DNA of 63,938 nucleotides, the filler included, from an uncultured bacterium (GTDB lineage: Bacteria; Hinthialibacterota; Hinthialibacteria; Hinthialibacterales; Hinthialibacteraceae): the NCBI GenBank assembly GCA_964449065.1. It is 4 parts of 4 records of this genome, joined end to end, with 100 filler letters (N's around TTAATTAATTAA, not from the genome) between each part and the next. Parts side by side here need not be neighbours in the genome. Positions count along the whole stretch, not along the records: positions 48,622 to 63,938 come from CAYVAZ010000099.1; 3 more parts are not named here. The stretch is one strand, 5' to 3'. Below the pieces are notes generated by a model. That model saw nothing but the letters and a program-made list of their open reading frames with translations. It had not been told where the DNA came from and ran no database searches. Each line of letters starts with the position of its first letter. Position 1 is the stretch's first letter. Position numbers and translations under genes: made by a program. Below are positions 57,524 to 63,938 of this stretch, piece after piece.

Positions 57524-60500
57524 TTACTGCACATCAACCGGTATGGGTTGGTTATCCATATCAGTCAACTTCGCGCTATAAGCCCATTCGCTGCTACCTT
57601 GTGAGACTTTCATTAGCAGGGTGTTCTTGCCTTTTTTGGCTTGCACTTTATGCACGTTCGAATCGGCGGCCCAATCGCGGTCTTCATCCCAACGGCCGAT
57701 GTATTCACCATTGAACCAGGCTTTGAAACCGTCGTCGCTGCCGATTTTGACCAAGATTTCCTGCGCTTCGTCCATCTCAAATTCTTTGTAGGCATAAACG
57801 GATACATAACGGTTTTTCTCAAAGATTTGCTCGCAGTCGACCTTGCCGGATTCAGTGATGTATTCAATCCAGTTGATGGTTACGCCTTCTTCTTCAAAAG
57901 ACTTGGATACGTCTACGGATGTGGGATCAATCGCGTCGTAATCCAAATCGTCTTCAAATGAACTCACACCCATTTTGCGGGCGATCGGTTCGGTCATTGT
58001 CCAGCGGGTGATAAAGCCTTTTTCGGCGGCATCTTCATCAATCGCGACACCCAACTCCTGCAAGGCTAACGCGATCTCATTTCGCGCTTCCATCGTCGGA
58101 GCACTGGTTACAGCATTGCGATACATCTTAATCGCCTGTTCCGGATCGTCTTCCTTGAGACGGTCCGCAATGGCCAAGTAGACATCTTGTGCCGCCGAGA
58201 TAACTTCTTTCGTCGGCACTCTATAATCCCAAAGGATGAGATCGTTCACTTCACGAAACTTTGCGATACGATCCAGTGAAGAGGGGTGCGCGATTTGCGC
58301 CATTCCTTCTAATGCGGTCATCTGCACGGCATAATCCCTGCTGGAATCAAACATGTGGTGATAGAGCCCCAGGGCTTTTTCGTGTTCTTGGGTGCGTAAG
58401 GCTTGCTCGGCTTTTGCAACCAATTCATCCATGTTTTGGTTATCATAGGCTAACTGAGCCGGGTTTTGAGTTGCTTCTACTTCTTCTTCGACATTAGCTT
58501 CCAAATAATTGATGACAGGCAATTGAGCTTCGGTGGGGTTTTCGGCTTTCGGAACAAATTTGAGTTCCAAGTTGTTTTTCACCAAGATGCCATCGAAGGA
58601 TTTAACAACGGCGCGGTTTATACCGCCTGCTTCTTTTATGACATCAAAGTCTTTCAAAACACGACGGCCTTGCAGGTATACATCAAACACACGCTGGCCG
58701 GGTCTATCTCCCTTAACCGGAGCAAAACCGATCTCAACAGTATAGGTACGCGGTTCTTCACCCCAAGTATCGTCCACCAGTGGGATTTCAAGGCTTTGGG
58801 TACCGATGGTGCCGTTGGTCAACAGCCAGGTGCGGTCAAAGTTTTCAAACGCGGCGCCTTTGAAGTCGTAAGCAAAGTGATCCGCACCCGGAAAAGACGC
58901 TTCATTTAGATCAAACTTCACTCCATACCCCACATGCGGGCGTGGATAGCCGAACCACATGGATCCATCATCGCCGCGCATGTCGCCGGGAGCGCCAAAG
59001 TTGATCGCCATGCGCTTGGCCGGGGTCATCGAGCCGTGGGTGATGAACACAGTCCAATCACGCGGACGCTTGGGGCGGCGGTGCTTCATAACAACAGTGC
59101 TGCGCAATGGGAACGAGCAGGTGCAGCCGGAACTGGATTCGGGAACCATTAACAAACCGTTCGCGGGGATAAAGTTCACCCAGCAGCCGGTACGGATACC
59201 ACCGAAGTAAGACAAGCCGCGGTCTTCTGCCAAGTCATAATAAGCATTGTTGTAAGAGCGGAAGAAGATGCACTCGGCGGCGGCGGAGGTTACGCTGCAA
59301 CTGTGGCCGGGGCGGTAGAATTCCCATGGCACATCTTCGCCGGTGACCGGGTGCTTGCGGGTCATGATTTCGCCATTGAAGATACTGCAAGCGCGCGGTT
59401 CAATGATGATGTTATCCTGCACAATCAACGGACGTCGCAGGTAATTGAGCGGTTTTGACCAAATCAACTCACCGGTTTTGGTATCGATGGCGGTAATACG
59501 GCGCCAGGTGAGTTCGTTGTTTCGGAACTGGCGGCCGTCGTGGTTGCTGAAGTGTCCAAAGAAAACCAATATACCGTCGCGGTGATAGGCGGAACCCATG
59601 CGGTGGCCGCCGCAGCCGGAAAAGTCGGCAACGGTTTCCCACAAAACTTCGCCGGTTTCGTAATCCAAGGCGGCAAGTTTGCGGACATCCATTTCGTGCG
59701 GTTCCAGCGTATCTTCGGCACCCATTTCATACAAACCGCGGTTGATCCACTCTTGACGTCTATTCAGCGCTTCCGCACGCTCTTCTTCCGTGACTTCGGC
59801 GTCGTACACAAAAATTTCTCCATCGCCCACCGTTGGCGCGATATTGGCGATCTTGTTGCCTGCATATACCCATTTCGGCAGGCCGGTATCAATATCGAGC
59901 GCAAACACGGCATCACCGTAGATCATGCGTTGTTGCATGGAATCTTGCGGGGTAAATTCACTGAGCCAATCGGGATATTCATCCATCGAACGCCAGTGGA
60001 TTCCCATTTCTCTAAATTTAGTCCGTGCGTCTTGGTTGGGTTCGGGGAATTTGCGCATCAGTTCGGCAAAGTATCTCATGTAACGGGTGCCGTCGGGAAG
60101 CAACGTAACGATTTCTTCCAACGGTTTCCAGTGTTCACCGGATTCATCCACCATGCTATCCCATAGCGCCGCATAATTCATTTGCTGCGGAATCGCGGAA
60201 GAGCCGATTAGTGAATTGCCCAGAGACATGACATAACCCCAGCGGCGGGCGCCATCCGGGGTGTAGGCGGATTCGCCGATCGGCAAAGAGTATTCCTGCA
60301 TGGTTTCGCCGCTATCAAGATCAAGGCGGTAGGTTTTGTCCTTGGCGGCTACATAAAGGCTGCCCTTGTTGAGAGACAGGTTGCTGCCGTCAACATCCAC
60401 ACGAACGCGCACAGCGCCATCGATTTCGCGGCGCCACAATTCGGTGCCGTTGTAGGCATCGTGGCACATGATGAGACCGGCACCCTGCACAACCAGTTTG

Positions 60501-62671
60501 CCATTGTATGCGAGCGGGCCGGCGGCACGGCCATGACGATCAATGATGAATTCACTACCGGGTTCACCGTACCACAATATGCCCAGCGGCGCTTTAACCA
60601 ATTGGTCTTCGGAACAGTTGGTATTTTGGGGATTCCCGTAAAGAGAAGTCCAGTTACCGGCACCTTCAAGCGCCGGGCGGCTGTGGACCAGCCATTTTTT
60701 ATTGAACTTGTTGTCGGCAATTTCAATGTCAGAAAAGTATTGGTTCCATTGCTCTTCGTATTCGGATTTGGTGAAGTTGATTGCATTGCCTTCATAGGCG
60801 AAGACCGCTTTTCCGCCATAGGGCTTCAACACGCGGTAGAGTTCTTCTGGCGCGTAACTTAACTCACCGGATGTGATTAATTTTTCGGAAACGATCACGT
60901 TGGCGAAGTAATCGGGCAGATCAAATAAGTCATACGGAAGAACATGAATACGTTCGCCGTACAATCCTGCCCTATTTAATTTTTGCCGGATTTTTTGTAC
61001 TTTGTCTTCGTCCGATTCCAACAATACGATTTCAAAATCGGTTTGCCGGGTGAGTTCGTAAGCCAGTTGACCTTCTTCGGAATCAAGCACCAAGGCCCAG
61101 CCTTTCTTGGTATTGGCCAGGTTGGCAACCCATTCCCCGGCTTCTTGTAGCAACCGGGCTTTTTCACCGCTTCCGTAAAGCGTTTCAACTACACGCGGTT
61201 TGATGACGGTTGCCGGTTTGTCGGTTTCCGCGCCGAAGCAGTAGGTGTTGCCGTTTTTGGTGCTAACGATGATTTTGCCTTGCGCGGCACTGATGCCCAT
61301 CACCGTGCCGTCAACTTCATGCTGCCATAAAAGATCGCCTGTGGTGGCATGAAGCGCGAGAATGGTGTTGTCTCCACCGACATACACAGTGCTGCCCGCG
61401 AGGATCAAGCAGTTGAGGTGTTTGTTCTTGTATTCCCAATTGAGGGTGTGGGATTTGAGTTGTTTTTCTTCTTTGCCCAGTTCAAACAACTTTTGGGTGG
61501 CTTCATCAATTTGTTTTTGTTTTTCTTGTTTTTCTTCGCCTTCCAAATCCTCCAATTCTTTGCGGAGAGTCATGACCCGGGTTAAGGTTTCGGATTTTTC
61601 ATCATCGACCTTAGCCAAACGGACGCTGGTATCGGGGTATTCGTCACGGTTGATCGCATACACACCATCGGTCGTTAGTGCATACGAAAAGGTTGGGGTT
61701 ACCACCAAATCGTGACCGGGGAAGAAAGCATATTTATCTCCAAGAGCCTGTCCGGTTTCTGCATCATAGGCAACCTTGGCTGGAACCGATTGACGCTCCA
61801 TCCCGGCAATCAATTCGCCGTCACTCAAAAGGGCAAAGGTACCGCCGACTTTTCCGGTGGGAGACATCGCGAATTTAAAGTCGCCGGTTTCACGGTCAAA
61901 GGCATACGGCATCGCTCGTCCGGACGGAACATAGATCATGGTTTCGGACACAATCAAATAACTCTGCGGAGATATCCCGCCGTAGCGCAACTCATGCGCG
62001 TAATCGCCCATGGTGCTGTTGACCCAGTTTTCGGAACCGTCTTCTGCATTCAAACTACAGATGTAAACGCTCTCATGCGGAAACACACCGGCACTGAAGA
62101 AAACTTCGCCGTTATCAACCGCGACACTGGTGCGGATTGGCCATATCGAGATCATCCGGCCATTGCCGATCACCCGCTCGTTGGAAGGGCTGGGGCGGAA
62201 TTTCCAAATCAAATCACCGGTATCGGCTTGAACGCAGTAGACATAACCATCATCGGAACCGAAGAAGAGTCTGCCATCATCATACGTCGGGGCGAACCGT
62301 ACCGGGCCTCCGGTAAAATATGTCCATTGGATTTGACCGGTTTCTTGGTCGAGCGCATATACTTGGTCATCAACGGAAGAGCCGAAGAAGACGAAATCTT
62401 CGCTCATGGTGGCGTGATAAGCGCTATCGAAGTGGATGCGGGGGCGTTCTTCACCCGGCTGCGGCCATGCGGGTTTGGGGCCGTGGGTGGGAATGAATTC
62501 CCAATGGAGTGAAAGCGGCGCGGGTATATTTTCTTTCGTCACGCCTAGGCGGGCGTTATCGGCACGGTAGGTCGGCCAATTGCCTGCCAATGTTGGGATG
62601 GATACGGATACAACCAAAAGAGCAGCAAAAAAAAATGCTTTAAAACTGGATTGTTTAGAATTCATAATCAA
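57524..62671 (-). CDS. large secreted multidomain protein: PQQ-like propeller / SAM-methyltransferase-like / second propeller / malectin / HEAT / PA14-like
   Basis: Signal peptide; NWPTYRADNAR; FGSDDG.VYC; RVLKPYGG; WTSLYGNPQNT; GQRVFDVYLQG..VLKDFDV..EAGG; IGSDDGFKAWFNG. Confidence 0.85.
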   Translation of the reverse strand: MIMNSKQSSFKAFFFAALLVVSVSIPTLAGNWPTYRADNARLGVTKENIPAPLSLHWEFIPTHGPKPAWPQPGEERPRIHFDSAYHATMSEDFVFFGSSVDDQVYALDQETGQIQWTYFTGGPVRFAPTYDDGRLFFGSDDGYVYCVQADTGDLIWKFRPSPSNERVIGNGRMISIWPIRTSVAVDNGEVFFSAGVFPHESVYICSLNAEDGSENWVNSTMGDYAHELRYGGISPQSYLIVSETMIYVPSGRAMPYAFDRETGDFKFAMSPTGKVGGTFALLSDGELIAGMERQSVPAKVAYDAETGQALGDKYAFFPGHDLVVTPTFSYALTTDGVYAINRDEYPDTSVRLAKVDDEKSETLTRVMTLRKELEDLEGEEKQEKQKQIDEATQKLFELGKEEKQLKSHTLNWEYKNKHLNCLILAGSTVYVGGDNTILALHATTGDLLWQHEVDGTVMGISAAQGKIIVSTKNGNTYCFGAETDKPATVIKPRVVETLYGSGEKARLLQEAGEWVANLANTKKGWALVLDSEEGQLAYELTRQTDFEIVLLESDEDKVQKIRQKLNRAGLYGERIHVLPYDLFDLPDYFANVIVSEKLITSGELSYAPEELYRVLKPYGGKAVFAYEGNAINFTKSEYEEQWNQYFSDIEIADNKFNKKWLVHSRPALEGAGNWTSLYGNPQNTNCSEDQLVKAPLGILWYGEPGSEFIIDRHGRAAGPLAYNGKLVVQGAGLIMCHDAYNGTELWRREIDGAVRVRVDVDGSNLSLNKGSLYVAAKDKTYRLDLDSGETMQEYSLPIGESAYTPDGARRWGYVMSLGNSLIGSSAIPQQMNYAALWDSMVDESGEHWKPLEEIVTLLPDGTRYMRYFAELMRKFPEPNQDARTKFREMGIHWRSMDEYPDWLSEFTPQDSMQQRMIYGDAVFALDIDTGLPKWVYAGNKIANIAPTVGDGEIFVYDAEVTEEERAEALNRRQEWINRGLYEMGAEDTLEPHEMDVRKLAALDYETGEVLWETVADFSGCGGHRMGSAYHRDGILVFFGHFSNHDGRQFRNNELTWRRITAIDTKTGELIWSKPLNYLRRPLIVQDNIIIEPRACSIFNGEIMTRKHPVTGEDVPWEFYRPGHSCSVTSAAAECIFFRSYNNAYYDLAEDRGLSYFGGIRTGCWVNFIPANGLLMVPESSSGCTCSFPLRSTVVMKHRRPKRPRDWTVFITHGSMTPAKRMAINFGAPGDMRGDDGSMWFGYPRPHVGYGVKFDLNEASFPGADHFAYDFKGAAFENFDRTWLLTNGTIGTQSLEIPLVDDTWGEEPRTYTVEIGFAPVKGDRPGQRVFDVYLQGRRVLKDFDVIKEAGGINRAVVKSFDGILVKNNLELKFVPKAENPTEAQLPVINYLEANVEEEVEATQNPAQLAYDNQNMDELVAKAEQALRTQEHEKALGLYHHMFDSSRDYAVQMTALEGMAQIAHPSSLDRIAKFREVNDLILWDYRVPTKEVISAAQDVYLAIADRLKEDDPEQAIKMYRNAVTSAPTMEARNEIALALQELGVAIDEDAAEKGFITRWTMTEPIARKMGVSSFEDDLDYDAIDPTSVDVSKSFEEEGVTINWIEYITESGKVDCEQIFEKNRYVSVYAYKEFEMDEAQEILVKIGSDDGFKAWFNGEYIGRWDEDRDWAADSNVHKVQAKKGKNTLLMKVSQGSSEWAYSAKLTDMDNQPIPVDVQ

Positions 62672-62989
62672 CCTCTCTTAGATTTGGTGGTGACGTATTA
62701 TCGTAGAGAATGACAGTCAACTTCAAGTAGGTAATCGAGAATTAACTATAAAGTAACAATGTTAGGAATTTGATAACAGGTCAGCGATATGAAGTGCATA
62801 TTCAAAAAATCGAACAGATTTTCTCATTCCTCCCCCAATGCAATGGGGGAGGCTAGGTGGGGGTTAAACGCTCAGTGCTTCAAACCCTCCCCTAACCCCT
62901 CTCACCTTGGAATTTCTCTTCAAGCGGCTGACCTATTACGGAATTTGTTTTATCGAGAATTTAAGGGAATTAAATGGAGCGGTTATTGA

Positions 62990-63627
62990 TTGCGGTTATT
63001 GATAAAAAAGCAATCGTATTTCTTCATGACTTTTTGATTGTCTCGGATCGATTCAAGAAGCAGTTCAAGTTTTTTAAACTGCTTCTGCTTTGGGAATAAT
63101 ATTATGGAAATAGGCTTTTTCCAATAATCCCAGCGATACCCGATACCACCAATCCTTTTGATCGAGCGAATCGTCTTCCTTTTGCTTCTTCAAGTAAAAT
63201 TGTAGTGCTTAACTCATGAGCCAATGAAATTGCTTCTTTTTCACCCTCATCAAGTGTTTCGTTTTCTACAGATTTAAGTATTTTTGAAACTACTCCTAAG
63301 AAACACTTTTGTAAGTCTAGTCGTATGAGCATCTTGCTAAATCACTCAATTTCAGGCTGGAAGCCTGTGCTACAAGATTCCAAGTGTTTCATTTTCGGTC
63401 TATCCCTCAAGGCTTTTTTGAGGGTTCGGTGCTTGTATCTGAATAAAATTTCCAAATCTGAAACGATCTCGATACTCTTCAAAAGAGGAATACTTCCCAG
63501 AGATTTCTTCAGCAATGTTTGTAGGAATTATGATTTGACTATACAACTTTTGAATGAACGAAAACCCTCAATTTAAATTTTCCAGAGATATTAATAAGCC
63601 TGTATTGCTCACCATCAGCTTTGACAT
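62990..63627 (-). pseudogene. DUF3368-type PIN-domain toxin pseudogene, interrupted by a repeat insertion
   Basis: From ATG 63627: MSKLMVSNTGLLISL..*..QKLYSQIIIP. C-terminal part LDEGEKEAISLA..ILLEEAKGRRFA...G..GII at 63102-63290. 3' boundary approximate. Confidence 0.7.
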
Positions 63628-63860
63628 GCTTTAATCTCAATCTCAACGTCATCATTGGTTCCACCAATCATGGATCAGCCAAACTTGGGGATGATTTCCT
63701 CTTCAAACTCACGGCGGGTTTTCCCAATCATAATACGGGGTTCTTTTTCGCTGAGTTTCTCATTGTAATACAAAACCGCGGCTCATGCTTCTTTCACGAA
63801 TGCCGGGTCTATTTCATGAAGAATATCCAGATTGATGTGCTTTACCGTATAGTTATCAAT
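63615..63860 (-). pseudogene. UPF0175-like antitoxin pseudogene
   Basis: ...EA*AAVLYYNEKLSEKE...IGKTRREFEE.I.KFG*S... with two in-frame TGA codons (63783-63785, 63675-63677); overlaps the toxin start. Confidence 0.6.
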
Positions 63861-63938
63861 AAGATTTTAATAACAACAACATCATAACTCACGTTACGCA
63901 CTACATTATGATATGCCCGTTTTTCTCATCGTTCGCTG

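Noticed and set aside
63568..63785. TGA recoding (Sec/Trp/Gly) suggested by three in-frame TGAs in the TA pair
   Set aside because: TGA is a normal stop in many intact genes here, and the locus also has an insertion and a frameshift, so decay explains it.

Overview
Bacterial draft-genome (probably MAG) window. It consists of four unrelated scaffolds of about 16 kb, joined by artificial N44-TTAATTAATTAA-N44 linkers (16121-16220, 32329-32428, 48522-48621), so no synteny is inferred across them. Abundant PQQ-type beta-propellers, a Tat sulfatase, the prepilin style and GGCTCGGCGGGAGCC-type REPs resemble PVC-like or candidate-phylum bacteria (e.g. Hinthialibacter/Sumerlaeota-like); this is inference only. 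Scaffold 1: prepilin, tRNA-Pro(CGG), REP array, htpG, arylsulfatase and a CDP-sugar/methyltransferase glycosylation cluster. Scaffold 2: ilvB-ilvN-[Rpn nuclease plus duplicated C-terminal module]-ilvC, an AT-rich gene pair, an RNase HII-YraN fusion, tsaD, ctpA, a flippase, xylA and fabD-fabG-acpP-fabF. Scaffold 3: an uncharacterised beta-propeller/Tat-ferredoxin/membrane Fe-S operon, a polyprenol-P-sugar/GT-C operon, and parvulin + stand-alone FliG-C + degenerate PorA-like protein + CDF transporter + csp. Scaffold 4: a Tat alkaline-phosphatase-like gene pair, a PQQ dehydrogenase, a type III PKS-methyltransferase-FAD oxidoreductase cluster, a 1715-aa multidomain propeller protein, and a decayed UPF0175/DUF3368 toxin-antitoxin pair interrupted by a repeat element. 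The strongest novelty candidates are the propeller/Fe-S operon, the Rpn locus with internal and tandem antitoxin modules, and the FliG-C/pseudo-PorA operon. All family calls come from motif recognition by eye, not database searches.
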